A stretch of 64,000 bases of DNA from Candidatus Adlerbacteria bacterium (GCA_963749085.1 CAVVLG010000003.1:155380-219379); one strand, 5' to 3'; positions 49,731-60,336 are shown, numbered from the stretch's first letter. The notes: generated by a model not told the origin, from the sequence alone. A program made the numbers and translations.

Positions 49731-50036
49731 TCATTTTCTAGCTCTTCTACTGAGCACAAACTTCTGCGAAGGGCTTAATGTCTTACCCTTCCGGTGAACG
49801 CAGCCATACCAACAGCAGGGACGACGCATTCCTTCCTTAAGTTCCGAGACGACTCTGTCGACATGCTCCTTCCTCTTCTCTGGGGTTTTAACGGAGATAG
49901 TCCAACAAATCCATTCGTTGCGCGAGAGCGGAGTAATGTCTTCCCAAGCCGCCAGAGCTTTACGATCGGACAATAAAGCTTTCCGCAAGTCTGTCGGTAG
50001 CTCATGTGCGACGCCACCGGAAATTTTTCTGCTCAT
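49731..50036 (-). CDS. YdeI/OmpD-associated family protein
   Basis: LPTDL, WEDITPLSRNEWICW, RRPCCW. Confidence 0.8.
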   Translation of the reverse strand: MSRKISGGVAHELPTDLRKALLSDRKALAAWEDITPLSRNEWICWTISVKTPEKRKEHVDRVVSELKEGMRRPCCWYGCVHRKGKTLSPSQKFVLSRRARK

Positions 50037-50127
50037 AAGTTTATTATACGCTTCACAACAAAATATCCCAAGGCCCTCGGGTCTGTCCGATACAAAAGTC
50101 TTCAGGCGGTGTCTTCGAGATTCGAAC

Positions 50128-50553
50128 TTATTTCAAGCCTTTATCTATCGCTTCATTCACCAATCTATCGGCCTCGGCATTCTTCTCACGATAGACGTGT
50201 GAAAATATCATATTAGGAAAGTCTTCAAGCCGTAGCTGGGCTATGTGCGCAAACTTTTCTTTTAACATAGGCTCCTTAACTTTATACACCCCACTCAGCT
50301 GCCGCACCACGAGCTCGCTGTCCATCCTCACTTCAAATCGTATATCGCGTACCTTCGTCCCAAACATTTTTTTTACTTCCTTAAGCGCGCGAATAAGCGC
50401 CTCGTACTCCGCCACGTTATTCGTCTGCTCTCCGATATATTCGGAAATTTCTTTCAGCACTTTTCCCCTTTCATTTAAAATGACGGCGCCGATGCCGGCC
50501 GGTCCCGGATTTCCCCTCGCTCCCCCGTCGGTGTAAAGAATAATTCGCTCCAT
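50128..50553 (-). CDS. rnhA: Ribonuclease HI
   Basis: TDGGARGNPG, TNNVAEY, DSEL, NAEAD. Confidence 0.93.
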   Translation of the reverse strand: MERIILYTDGGARGNPGPAGIGAVILNERGKVLKEISEYIGEQTNNVAEYEALIRALKEVKKMFGTKVRDIRFEVRMDSELVVRQLSGVYKVKEPMLKEKFAHIAQLRLEDFPNMIFSHVYREKNAEADRLVNEAIDKGLK

Positions 50554-50554
50554 A

Positions 50555-52228
50555 TCAAATGACATCGACAATGCGGATCCGAGGAGAACCCCTCCAATCC
50601 AGTTCGACGTGGCCGACCACATCGACGCGGGCGCCCTGTTCTATCTTTTTTTGAAACGAGTCCAGGGTCGAGAAAAAGGCGATGCCTTTAATACGTGCAT
50701 CAATAAACCCAAGTTCAGTCGAAGCATCGCTTATACTCACCTCAAGATGATTATTCGTTTTGCCGAAGGTGCGCACACTGCCGACGGAGACATTTGAAAA
50801 TATAAAAAGAGGTTTTTCATTGCCGATGCCGAACGGCGCGAGCTTCCTTACATCGCGCATGGCGTGGGGCACGTCGGCCAATTGCATTTGCCTATCAACG
50901 ACAATTTCCATCTCCTTGCTCGCTGACGTGGATAATTTTTCGTAAGCACTTTGCAAACGAGTGGGGAGCTCGTGCACCTTCTCCTGCGTCAAAGAAAATC
51001 CCCCGGCACCCTGGTGTCCGCCGAACTCGGCAAACACGTCGCTCACTTCCTGCATGCACGCAACGACATTTAAAATACCGTCGGAACGACACGATCCTTT
51101 TATATCTTCGCCTCCCTCGCGCCCCCACAAAAAAACGGGTTTGCCGTGTGTCTCAACCAAAGCGCTTGCCACCAGTCCCAATATTCCCGGCCGCCAATTG
51201 GGATTGCCGAGTACGATAATGGGGCTTGGCATGCTGCCCGACGCAAGGCGTTTGTTCGCTTCCTTGACCGTCGCGGCGACAACGCCTTTGCGTTCATCGT
51301 TGAGTGTCTGCAATTGCTGAGCCAGACGCTCCGCCTCCTCTCTCTCTGTAGCCGCAAGCAAGTGCGCGGCGGTCGAAGGACTTCCCATTCTCGAGGCGGC
51401 GTTGATACGGGGCGAAATCATAAATCCGATGTCATCCTCGGTGAGCGCTCGGGGTTCAATGCGAAGCATCCGCAGAAGCGCGTTTAATCCCGGACGCCGC
51501 GCTCGGCGCATGACGGTGAGACCGAAGTGCGCGAGCATGCGGTTCTCCCCTACGAGCGGCACCATGTCGGAAAGGGTCGCAATGCCGACCAAATCGAGCA
51601 GCCATTTTTCCTGTCCCTCAGGAGTAGTGAACGCATTCGTTAGAAGAATTGCCTGTACTAACTTCCAGGCGACCCCTGCGCCGCATAGACCGTCAAACGG
51701 ATATTTCGAATCCACGCGTTTGGGATTTATCACGGCATAGGCGGGGGGCAGATCATGAGCGACCAGGTGATGATCCGTCACAATGACATCGATATGTTTA
51801 TCCCTCGCGTAGGCGATGCCCGCGTGCTCGCTCGTGCCAAGGTCGATGGTGATAATGAGGGTGACGCCAAGCGACGCGAGCTCCTCTATTCCTTCAGTAT
51901 TCAATCCGTAGCCTTCCGCGTACCGGTGCGGAATATAGTGTGTGACCGATACACCTAGACCGCGCAAAAACTCACTGAGCATGACGCCGCCCGGGATGCC
52001 GTCGCAGTCATAATCGCTCCACACCGCCACCTGCTCACTGTTTTTCGACGCAGCGACGATGCGCTCAACCGCCCGTTTCATGTCGGGGAGAAGATAGGGA
52101 TCATGGCTGTCGCGCACAAAATCAGGTTCCAGAAACTTCTCCGCGTCACTCTGCGCTATACCGCGTGCCTGGAGCAAATCGTTGAGAAGTTCTTCGTGTG
52201 CTCGCTCCCGGAGTCGGTACTTTTTCAT
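50555..52228 (-). CDS. recJ: ssDNA exonuclease RecJ
   Basis: DYDCDG, TDHH, PRINAA, GGH. Confidence 0.96.
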   Translation of the reverse strand: MKKYRLRERAHEELLNDLLQARGIAQSDAEKFLEPDFVRDSHDPYLLPDMKRAVERIVAASKNSEQVAVWSDYDCDGIPGGVMLSEFLRGLGVSVTHYIPHRYAEGYGLNTEGIEELASLGVTLIITIDLGTSEHAGIAYARDKHIDVIVTDHHLVAHDLPPAYAVINPKRVDSKYPFDGLCGAGVAWKLVQAILLTNAFTTPEGQEKWLLDLVGIATLSDMVPLVGENRMLAHFGLTVMRRARRPGLNALLRMLRIEPRALTEDDIGFMISPRINAASRMGSPSTAAHLLAATEREEAERLAQQLQTLNDERKGVVAATVKEANKRLASGSMPSPIIVLGNPNWRPGILGLVASALVETHGKPVFLWGREGGEDIKGSCRSDGILNVVACMQEVSDVFAEFGGHQGAGGFSLTQEKVHELPTRLQSAYEKLSTSASKEMEIVVDRQMQLADVPHAMRDVRKLAPFGIGNEKPLFIFSNVSVGSVRTFGKTNNHLEVSISDASTELGFIDARIKGIAFFSTLDSFQKKIEQGARVDVVGHVELDWRGSPRIRIVDVI

Positions 52229-52249
52229 CAAAATAAGTATACTAGAGGA

Positions 52250-52660
52250 ATGGGGAACTGTATCTTCTGCAAAATAGTCGGAGGCGAGATACCCTCGTAC
52301 AAAATCTATGAGGACAAAGACACGTTCGCATTCCTTGATATCCATCCAGTCAATCCAGGTCACACGTTAGTCATACCGAAGGCCCATTCGTATAACATCC
52401 TCGATATTGACCCAAAAGACTGGCTCGCTGTTTCAGATACGGTACGAAAGATATCCCGCATACTGCACGACGCCATCCAGGCCGACGGCATTAACTTGCA
52501 AATGAACAACCGAGAACATGCGGGACAGGTTGTCGATCACCCTCATGTGCACGTGATTCCGCGTTACAAAGGAGACGGCCTCCCCCACTGGCCCGGCAAA
52601 ACGTACAAAGCAGGCGAAGCGGAGGAACTACTGAAGAAAATACAAGCGGTAATGAAATAA
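52250..52660 (+). CDS. HIT-family hydrolase
   Basis: CIFC, GHTLVIPK, HPHVHVIP. Confidence 0.93.
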   Translation: MGNCIFCKIVGGEIPSYKIYEDKDTFAFLDIHPVNPGHTLVIPKAHSYNILDIDPKDWLAVSDTVRKISRILHDAIQADGINLQMNNREHAGQVVDHPHVHVIPRYKGDGLPHWPGKTYKAGEAEELLKKIQAVMK

Positions 52661-52668
52661 AAATCCGT

Positions 52669-53646
52669 TTATTCCTTCTCCTTCAAGACTTCTATACCTG
52701 GCAACGTGCCTGCCACCAAAAACTCAAGTGCGGCTCCCCCGCCGGTTGAGATAAAGATTTTCTGAAGATCAAACGAGAATGTGGCGAGCGCCGCCGCCGT
52801 ATCTCCGCCGCCGATAACCGCCCTGATGCCGAAATCCACTAATGCTTGCGCCAGCGCATGGGTACCTTCGGCATAGCCTTTTTCATACCAACCAACGGGA
52901 CCATCCCATAGTACAAAGGAGGCATGCTGAATCTCTCGCACCCACGCATCCTTTGTGCGAGGACCGATATCAAACATCTCCTTAAATTGCGGTACGCCAT
53001 CTTCAGGCAACAGTACATTGGATGCGGGCTTTTGGAGAAGTTCATTGGCAAGTGCGCCGCCCACGAGTACTTTGCTATATATACGTGATAATTTGTCGAT
53101 GAGTGGAAGTTTCGTTTCAAATTTATTGCCTCCGATGATTGCGAGCGAGGGAGTCGGCGGAGTGAGCGCTTGCGAAAGATTGGCGATTTCTTTCTCAACT
53201 AGAAGCCCGGCGTAGGCAGGCAAGAAGTTTGTGATGCCTACTATCGAAGCGTGCGAGCGGTGCAGTGCGGCGAATGCGTCATTGACAAATATATCCGCCT
53301 GCGCGGCAAGGATTCGTGCAAACGCGGGATCGTTTGCTTCTTCGCCCGGGTTAAAGCGCAAATTCTCGAGCATTTCGATATTCGTCGTATCAATGAGCCC
53401 TTGCAGATGTTTAAAGATAGGCTTGGTGCTGAGATCTGGCACGACTGTGCCGTTGGGACGACCCACGTGGGTCGCCAACACAATTGTAGCCACCCTATGC
53501 TCACGCAGGAGCGCGATGGTTGGGAGCGTTGCCCGAATACGCGAATCATCTCTGACTACTCCATCTTTAAGGGGTACATCGTAATCAACACGCAGGAACA
53601 CGCGCTTACCTTCCACCGGTGCTTGTTCTATGGACCTTATTTGCAT
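52669..53646 (-). CDS. pgk: Phosphoglycerate kinase (compact)
   Basis: RVDYDVP, ENLRF, VNDAF, GGGD, STGGGA. Confidence 0.95.
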   Translation of the reverse strand: MQIRSIEQAPVEGKRVFLRVDYDVPLKDGVVRDDSRIRATLPTIALLREHRVATIVLATHVGRPNGTVVPDLSTKPIFKHLQGLIDTTNIEMLENLRFNPGEEANDPAFARILAAQADIFVNDAFAALHRSHASIVGITNFLPAYAGLLVEKEIANLSQALTPPTPSLAIIGGNKFETKLPLIDKLSRIYSKVLVGGALANELLQKPASNVLLPEDGVPQFKEMFDIGPRTKDAWVREIQHASFVLWDGPVGWYEKGYAEGTHALAQALVDFGIRAVIGGGDTAAALATFSFDLQKIFISTGGGAALEFLVAGTLPGIEVLKEKE

Positions 53647-54395
53647 CGTGTGAGAATGCCCATAAACGAATCCAGCTGCGCGCTTGCGTGTCCCACCAAA
53701 AAACCGTTTACATTCCCTTCGGTGATGAGGACGTGGGCATTGTCGGGCTCAACCGAGCCCCCATAGAGTAGGGGGACGCGCATTGCAATCTTGCGCTCGA
53801 ACATATCCGTCAACGTTTTTTTAATAAAGATACTCATCTCACGCACGTCATGCGGCTTCATCGCGTCCTCGGCACTTTTGCCTATAGCCCAGACCGGCTC
53901 GTAGGCGATGACCAGTTTCGAAGGAGATAGTTTCGGAATCTGTTTGAGAGCCGAGGAGAGTTGCGCTTCAACAAATGAAAAGTGGGCGCCTCCGGCGTCG
54001 CGCTCTGCCTCACCGACGCATAAAATGGAGGTAAGGCCCGCAGCGGCGACCGAACGGAGCTCCTCGTGGACCATAGCATTGGACTCTCCCGCCGCGCGAC
54101 GCTCGGAATGGCCCACAATGACGAAAGAGGCTCCTGCTTGTTTGAGCATCGGGGCAGACACTTCGCCTGTGTGCTTCTCTCCAGCAAAAGAAGAAGCCGC
54201 TTGGGCGCCGACTTTTATCGACGAGCCTTTAAGCGCCGTCGCGACCGCGGGTATAAGAGGATGCGGAGGAGCCAGTACGACGTCAACGCCGTTGAATGCG
54301 CGGCCCTTTTTGCGCAACGCAGCGGCAAATGCCCTTGCCTCCTCGGGAGACTCTATGTACATCTTCCAATTCCCGACCACGAGGCGCTTGGACAT
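53637..54395 (-). CDS. tpiA: Triosephosphate isomerase
   Basis: GNWK, GHSERR, AYEPVWAIG. Confidence 0.97.
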   Translation of the reverse strand: MSKRLVVGNWKMYIESPEEARAFAAALRKKGRAFNGVDVVLAPPHPLIPAVATALKGSSIKVGAQAASSFAGEKHTGEVSAPMLKQAGASFVIVGHSERRAAGESNAMVHEELRSVAAAGLTSILCVGEAERDAGGAHFSFVEAQLSSALKQIPKLSPSKLVIAYEPVWAIGKSAEDAMKPHDVREMSIFIKKTLTDMFERKIAMRVPLLYGGSVEPDNAHVLITEGNVNGFLVGHASAQLDSFMGILTRCK

Positions 54396-54415
54396 GCCAA
54401 AACTATACCACCCCC

Positions 54416-55861
54416 TTACTCGCTCGCCAGTTTTATGATTTCCTCGAGGCTGGTAAGACCTTGTACAACTTTAAAAAGACCGTCTTCCAGTAGAGTGAGG
54501 CCGCTAGACCACTTGTCGTTGATTTCCTGCAAACCGATCATCCCTTGGAATCCGTCTTCGCACCTATCACACCCATGGGGCCGGTATATCTGCAGCTCTT
54601 TCCATTGTGTATCCTGCGGCATAATCTCTTCCTCCTTTAATGAAGCGAGCACTGCGCCGAAATCAATCACGTTCTCGAGGACAGAGAGTTCACTGCGCGA
54701 TGGTTTATATGCTTCTGTGCATTGTAGGCAGAGTTTTTTAACGAGGCGCTGGTATATGAGCACGTCTGCCTGCTCAACTACCGCAGGATCCTCAGCCGCT
54801 CCGAGCATAAATACGCCGCGTTTTGTCGCCTGAGACATCAACGCCGCCACATCGCTCGATTCGATATCGCCAACCATCACAACATCGGGGTCGGTGCGGA
54901 GGATGGCACGCAAGCCCGCGAGCATGGAGAGCCCGATATCGCGACGCGTGCGCGTTTGCGCCACCTGCGGCAGTCGATATTCGATATGGTTCTCTATCGT
55001 CGCGAGAGCGAGATGCGGAGCGCTTAAGATATCGAGCAGGGTGTAGAGCATCGTGGTTTTGCCACTTCCGGTTGGCCCGCACACCGCCAAAAATTGCGAT
55101 TTCTTATCTAGCAATTCCTGCACGTGCTCGAGCCCTTCGCCATGAAATCCGAGCGAACGCAGGTTGAAGCCCGTCTGGCCTTGCTTTTCGTGCGACAGCC
55201 GCAGATGTACTTTTTCTCCTGCGGCAGTTGGCACGGTAGATATATGGACGGTAACTATCTCATCGCCATGTTCTACTTTAAATCTGCCTTCTTGAAACGC
55301 AGACGGGAGGGCAAATAACCGAGCGAGCGATTTTAGGCGCTCTGAAATCTTCTCGCCGACATCCTGAGGCAAGCGCATTGCCTCGTGAAGTGCTCCTTGT
55401 ATACGGTAGCGAACCAGCATGCCCGCCGCGGCTGGTTCCAGATGTATGTGCGTGGCCTGGCTGTAGAGCGCGTGGCGCAGCAAGGAGTCAGCAGCTTCCA
55501 CTCCCCGCTCCACCATGCCGGAGAATTTCTCCTTCAGTTTTTTCTGGTACACCAAGAGCGCCCGTTTTATCGAGTCGCGGTCGGTTAGACGCGTCTTAAC
55601 TTTTATCTGTGCCTGCAAAAAATCAAGAGCGGGAAGGTCGGCAATATCGAGAAGCGCAACTTCGACTTCCTCTTCTCCCCTGCGATATGCGACGACGTTG
55701 CGGGAGCGCGAAAGCGGCTCGGGAATAAGTTCGAGGACATCGGGGTGAATATCCTCTCGTGTAAGGATGACGAACGGAATGCCGAGCGCAAGGGCGCTCT
55801 CACGCCGCATTTCATCTTCACTTAAAAAATCGCTTTTTAGCCAACCTATCTCCTTCTCCAT
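54416..55861 (-). CDS. GspE/PilB-family ATPase with degenerate motifs
   Basis: GPTGSGKTT, LRTDPD, two CxxC; Asp box, Walker B and His box altered. Confidence 0.85.
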   Translation of the reverse strand: MEKEIGWLKSDFLSEDEMRRESALALGIPFVILTREDIHPDVLELIPEPLSRSRNVVAYRRGEEEVEVALLDIADLPALDFLQAQIKVKTRLTDRDSIKRALLVYQKKLKEKFSGMVERGVEAADSLLRHALYSQATHIHLEPAAAGMLVRYRIQGALHEAMRLPQDVGEKISERLKSLARLFALPSAFQEGRFKVEHGDEIVTVHISTVPTAAGEKVHLRLSHEKQGQTGFNLRSLGFHGEGLEHVQELLDKKSQFLAVCGPTGSGKTTMLYTLLDILSAPHLALATIENHIEYRLPQVAQTRTRRDIGLSMLAGLRAILRTDPDVVMVGDIESSDVAALMSQATKRGVFMLGAAEDPAVVEQADVLIYQRLVKKLCLQCTEAYKPSRSELSVLENVIDFGAVLASLKEEEIMPQDTQWKELQIYRPHGCDRCEDGFQGMIGLQEINDKWSSGLTLLEDGLFKVVQGLTSLEEIIKLASE

Positions 55862-56027
55862 TTCTCCTATTATATATGACAGGGTTAGATATGAGTGGCA
55901 TGAGATAGGTTCGAGCGGACTGTAGATATGAGAAAACATCCACATTCTCTAAGCTTGACCCGTATATAAAGACGGCGTTAACTTAGGGTAGTTTTCTCCC
56001 CTCGGTCTTTCACAGAAAGGCACCACC

Positions 56028-56296
56028 ATGGTCAGCGAGGACTTCAGGCGTCAACTGCAAGGATACGGACTCACGACCGCAAATATCCTCTACCGCAGGC
56101 CAGACCACCTATGGCTCCTCCAGAGCTATGTTTGGCAGGATTATGACCTCTGTCCATCCTTTCCTCAGCTGAATAAATTCTCGATTTCTGGCTGGAGAAA
56201 CTTGAAGGCCCACTTCACTCAATGACGGTAGCTCACGCACGGCTCATCAAGCCAGCCGAAATCCGCGCCGTTGATGGCGAGTTCCGGCTCCACTGA
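56028..56296 (+). pseudogene. usg: Usg-family protein with 1-bp frameshift
   Basis: GYGLTTA.ILYR.PDH..LLQ.YVWQDYD; after ~56180 another frame continues DFWLEKLEGPLHS...EFRLH. Confidence 0.85.
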
Positions 56297-56587
56297 TTTC
56301 GATACTCCACAGCCACTCCTCAGGAGTGGCTTTTCCTTTCTCTACTTCCCCACTAACTCCTTCCTCAACGCCTACTCGGGTGAGGAATAGAATGTGACCC
56401 AATCTATCGTTCGGAAGTCGTCTGCTGTAGCGAGGAGGGGCCCATCCTGGAGGCTGGAGTAGCTTACTTCACTGGTGAAGTATTTCCGTACTATTCCTTG
56501 ACAATACGTTTCATCAAGAGTAACCTTAGGTTGTCTGGTAACCGCCCCGAGTGGGTGGTTTTTTAGTTCCAGAATAAAAAACATACT

Positions 56588-57820
56588 ATGTTTGATCTTA
56601 AAGTAATGAACTCCGTGTTGGGCGAGCTTGAGGAAGAGCGGGGTATTCCGCGCGAAAAAGTCATCGAGGCTATAGAGGCAGCACTCGCAACCGCTTACAA
56701 AAAAGAATACGCCAAGCGAGGACAAATAATCCGCGCCCATTTGGATTTAAATACCGGCACTACTGAATTTCAACAGGTAAAGGAAGTCGTCGACGAGAAT
56801 ACTGTTCGCTTTGTCGAGGAAGGCGAGGAGGAGCCTGGACCGAAACATTTTCACAGCGAGCGGCCACATCGCGAAGAAGTGTCGAAAGAACTCGCCGAAG
56901 GCGAAGTGGCGGAACTTCCACGCTTTAATCCAGAGCAGCACATCATGCTCGCGGACGCCAAACTCATCAAACGCGACGCGAAAGTAGGCGACGAGCTGGT
57001 GTTCCCTCTTGAGATGAAGGAGGAGTACGGACGCATCGCGGCGCAGACCGCCAAACAGGTCATCATTCAGAAGATCCGCGAGGCGGAGAAGGTATCTGTC
57101 GTAGCCGAATTCGGCCAGCGCCAGGGCGAAATAGTCTCCGGCACGGTACAGCGCATGGAGCGCGGTAATCTGTATGTGGACCTCGGCCGCGCAACCGGCA
57201 TCCTTCCCTATGACGAGCAGATACCTGGGGAGCGCTACCGCCAGGGAGAACGTATCCGTGCGCTTCTCTACCAAGTGGAGGAGTCTCCTCGCGGCATTTA
57301 CCTGCGTCTTTCCAGAGCGCATCCAAACTTCCTTGCGAAACTGTTTGAAATGGAAGCTCCCGAGGCCGCCCACGGCACAGTCGTGTTCAAGGCGATTGCA
57401 CGCGAGGCGGGCAGCCGCTCCAAAGTGGCGGTCGTCTCAACCGACGCGCACGTCGATCCGGTAGGCTCTCTCGTCGGCCAGCGCGGCGTACGCGTTTCCA
57501 CCGTTACCTCTGAGTTGGGAGGCGAGAAAATCGACATCGTGGAATGGTCGGAGGACACCAAACACTTTATAGAGGAAGCCCTATCTCCCGCGCGCATTAT
57601 GTCGGTTGAACTCGACGAGGCCGAGCACAAGGCGACCATAAAAGTTGCCGAGGACCAGCAGAGTTTGGCGATAGGACGCGGCGGACAAAATGTGCGCCTT
57701 GCGGCAAAGTTGACTGGTTGGCGTCTCGATATTCAATCTACCGGAGGTGCCAAAATAGCAGAGACGACTGAAACGGGAGAAGTGAAAGAGAAGGAAGCTG
57801 AAACTCCGGGCACTGAATAA
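56588..57820 (+). CDS. nusA: Transcription factor NusA
   Basis: GRIAAQTAKQ, AREAG, AIGRGGQNVRLA. Confidence 0.98.
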   Translation: MFDLKVMNSVLGELEEERGIPREKVIEAIEAALATAYKKEYAKRGQIIRAHLDLNTGTTEFQQVKEVVDENTVRFVEEGEEEPGPKHFHSERPHREEVSKELAEGEVAELPRFNPEQHIMLADAKLIKRDAKVGDELVFPLEMKEEYGRIAAQTAKQVIIQKIREAEKVSVVAEFGQRQGEIVSGTVQRMERGNLYVDLGRATGILPYDEQIPGERYRQGERIRALLYQVEESPRGIYLRLSRAHPNFLAKLFEMEAPEAAHGTVVFKAIAREAGSRSKVAVVSTDAHVDPVGSLVGQRGVRVSTVTSELGGEKIDIVEWSEDTKHFIEEALSPARIMSVELDEAEHKATIKVAEDQQSLAIGRGGQNVRLAAKLTGWRLDIQSTGGAKIAETTETGEVKEKEAETPGTE

Positions 57821-57847
57821 CTGAAATAATTACGTTATACTAGCCGT

Positions 57848-58384
57848 ATGAACCTCTGGCACGATATACCCTTGGGCGATGATGCTCCTGATGAGATAAA
57901 CGTCATTATTGAAATCCCGAAGGGCTCGCATAATAAGTACGAGATAGATAAAGAAACAGGACTTATTAAGCTCGACCGGGCGAACTATTCCGACGCCGCA
58001 TTCCCCTATGATTATGGTTTTGCTCCCCAGACGCTGTGGGATGACGGGGACGCGCTCGACGTCATTGTGCTTACCACCTACCCCCTCCAGACCGGCATTT
58101 TAGTGAACGTGAGGCCGGTCGCGGTCATGGACATGGTTGATTCTGGTGAATCCGATTTCAAGATTATCGCCGTCCCCACCGAAGATAAACGGTGGGAAGA
58201 TGTACAGGATTTGGGCGATGTAAATAAGCATTCTCTCAAAGAATTCCAGCACTTTTTGGAAACGTATAAGGCGCTCAAAGGCAAACCCGCTCCAGTTGAG
58301 ATACAGGGCATCTATGGAAAAACCGAAGCTATCGCAGCGGTTAAGAAATCGGTGGATCTCTACAAGAAAAAATTCCAAAAATAG
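57848..58384 (+). CDS. ppa: Inorganic pyrophosphatase (family I)
   Basis: KYEIDK, DGDALD. Confidence 0.96.
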   Translation: MNLWHDIPLGDDAPDEINVIIEIPKGSHNKYEIDKETGLIKLDRANYSDAAFPYDYGFAPQTLWDDGDALDVIVLTTYPLQTGILVNVRPVAVMDMVDSGESDFKIIAVPTEDKRWEDVQDLGDVNKHSLKEFQHFLETYKALKGKPAPVEIQGIYGKTEAIAAVKKSVDLYKKKFQK

Positions 58385-58402
58385 TCCTGTGGATAAGCGC
58401 GC

Positions 58403-58606
58403 ATGCGCTATACTACTAAGGATATGGATGACGCTCCCCGATCTGAACAGGAACAAAAGGGGGGCGTAGGTCCGTTCGTCGGCATCATTATCGTGGTCGT
58501 ATTAGTTGCGCTCGGCGGCCTCTATCTGGTACTGCAGGAAATTAAATTGCACCAAACTCCCACTCCGGAGAATGTGCCGGCGCAGACCGGACAAGAAAGC
58601 TCGTAG
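58403..58606 (+). CDS. Small single-TM protein
   Basis: GPFVGIIIVVVLVALGGLY. Confidence 0.65.
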   Translation: MRYTTKDMDDAPRSEQEQKGGVGPFVGIIIVVVLVALGGLYLVLQEIKLHQTPTPENVPAQTGQESS

Positions 58607-58638
58607 CGAAATACTAGGGGTGTGATAGTATCCGTTGG

Positions 58639-59691
58639 ATGAAATTCGAAGAACTGGCAAAATCCTTCACAAAAAAGGAATTGCCGGAGTCAGAGGTTGA
58701 ATTGAGCGGTGACGTACCCGCCGACACAATCGCGCAGTATCGCGAGGCTGCACTTCTCCATATCGCAGAGGAGCTCAACCTGTCGGGATTTCGCAAAGGC
58801 CACGTGCCGCCTGACATCGCGCTCAAAAAAGTCGGCGAAGTCGCCGCGCTTGAAGAAGCGGTCGAGCTTTTTGTGCGGGACTTTTATCCCGAGCTTATCG
58901 ACGTACAAAAAATAGACGCGGTCGGTCGGCCCGACATCCGCATAACCAAACTTGCGCCACAAAATCCTGTGGGGCTTCTGATACGCGCGAGTGTTTACCC
59001 GCAGGTGACACTGCCTAACAATTGGAAAACTACCGGCGAGAACATACAGCTCGAACCGGTGCCGTCGGCAACAGAGGAGGAGGTGAACAAAACGCTTGAG
59101 GATGTGCGCCAAAGCCGGGCCAAACCGAATGAGCTTCTCGACACCGAAGGCAAACCGCTGCCTCCGACCTTGCCAGAACTCAATGATGATTTCGCAAAAT
59201 CAGTGGGTGCTTTCGAAAATATCGATGCACTCAAGGCGCAAATTAGAAAAGGCATAGGAGAGGAAAAGGAACGCGCCGAACACGATAAGCGCCGAGGCAA
59301 CATAGTCGATGCGCTACTTGAGAATACTGCAGTTGACGTGCCGCGAATATTTATTGAAAGCGAACAGGACAAAATAATCTCACAGATGCGTGAAGATGTC
59401 GCACGTTTCGGCCTTTCCTTTGAGGATTATCTGAAACAATCGAAAAAAACCGAAGAGAGTGTGCGCAACGACTTTCGTGAACAGGCGGCAAAGCGTGCCA
59501 AGCTCCAATTGACGCTCAATAAAATAGCGGACGAAGAAAAGATAGGGGTCGACAAAGAAGCGGTTACTACCGAAATGAAACAGGCGCTGGAACACTTCCC
59601 TAATGCGCGGCCTGAGCTCTTAAGAATTCATATAGAAACCGTCTTGAGAAACGAAAAAGTTTTGAAGCTACTTGAAGAAGTTAAGAAATAG
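58639..59691 (+). CDS. tig: Trigger factor lacking most of the PPIase domain
   Basis: GFRKGHVP, LPELNDDFAK; 350 aa; upstream of clpP. Confidence 0.92.
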   Translation: MKFEELAKSFTKKELPESEVELSGDVPADTIAQYREAALLHIAEELNLSGFRKGHVPPDIALKKVGEVAALEEAVELFVRDFYPELIDVQKIDAVGRPDIRITKLAPQNPVGLLIRASVYPQVTLPNNWKTTGENIQLEPVPSATEEEVNKTLEDVRQSRAKPNELLDTEGKPLPPTLPELNDDFAKSVGAFENIDALKAQIRKGIGEEKERAEHDKRRGNIVDALLENTAVDVPRIFIESEQDKIISQMREDVARFGLSFEDYLKQSKKTEESVRNDFREQAAKRAKLQLTLNKIADEEKIGVDKEAVTTEMKQALEHFPNARPELLRIHIETVLRNEKVLKLLEEVKK

Positions 59692-59706
59692 GAGTAGAGT
59701 TCACCC

Positions 59707-60336
59707 ATGCAAAACAAGAAAACAGAACTATACGATCAACTCGTGCCCATGGTCATTGAAAAATCGCCTTTTGGGGAGCGAGCTTTCGATATTTATTCAC
59801 GCCTTCTTAAGGAACGTATTATCTTCCTTGCCGGGCCCATTGAGGATCATACGGCGAATCTCGTCATTGCCCAGCTTCTCTTTCTGGAATCCGAGGACCC
59901 GAAGAAAGATATCCAGCTGTATATAAACTCTCCCGGAGGCTCAGTGAGTGCCGGCCTCGCAATGCTCGACACGATGAATCACATCAAGCCCGACGTGGCG
60001 ACTGTGTGCGTGGGTATAGCGGCTTCAGCAGCGGCCATCATTCTCGCCGCAGGACATAAGGGTAAGCGCTTCGCACTTCCCAATGCCGAAGTGATGATCC
60101 ATCAGCCGTGGGGTGGCGCACAAGGCCAGGCGACTGACATTGAGATAACTGCCAAGCACATTATCGCGACCCGCGAGCGACTCAACAAAATTTTAGCAAA
60201 AGCGACTGGGCAGCCGCTCGAGAAAGTAGAAAAGGACGTTGATCGAGACTACTTCATGAGCGCCGAGGAGGCTAAAAAGTACGGCATTATAGACGAAATC
60301 TTCACCCAAAAAGGGGTTACTAGCCTTAAAAAATAA
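59707..60336 (+). CDS. clpP: Clp protease proteolytic subunit
   Basis: DIYSRLL, INSPGG, AAS, HQP. Confidence 0.98.
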   Translation: MQNKKTELYDQLVPMVIEKSPFGERAFDIYSRLLKERIIFLAGPIEDHTANLVIAQLLFLESEDPKKDIQLYINSPGGSVSAGLAMLDTMNHIKPDVATVCVGIAASAAAIILAAGHKGKRFALPNAEVMIHQPWGGAQGQATDIEITAKHIIATRERLNKILAKATGQPLEKVEKDVDRDYFMSAEEAKKYGIIDEIFTQKGVTSLKK

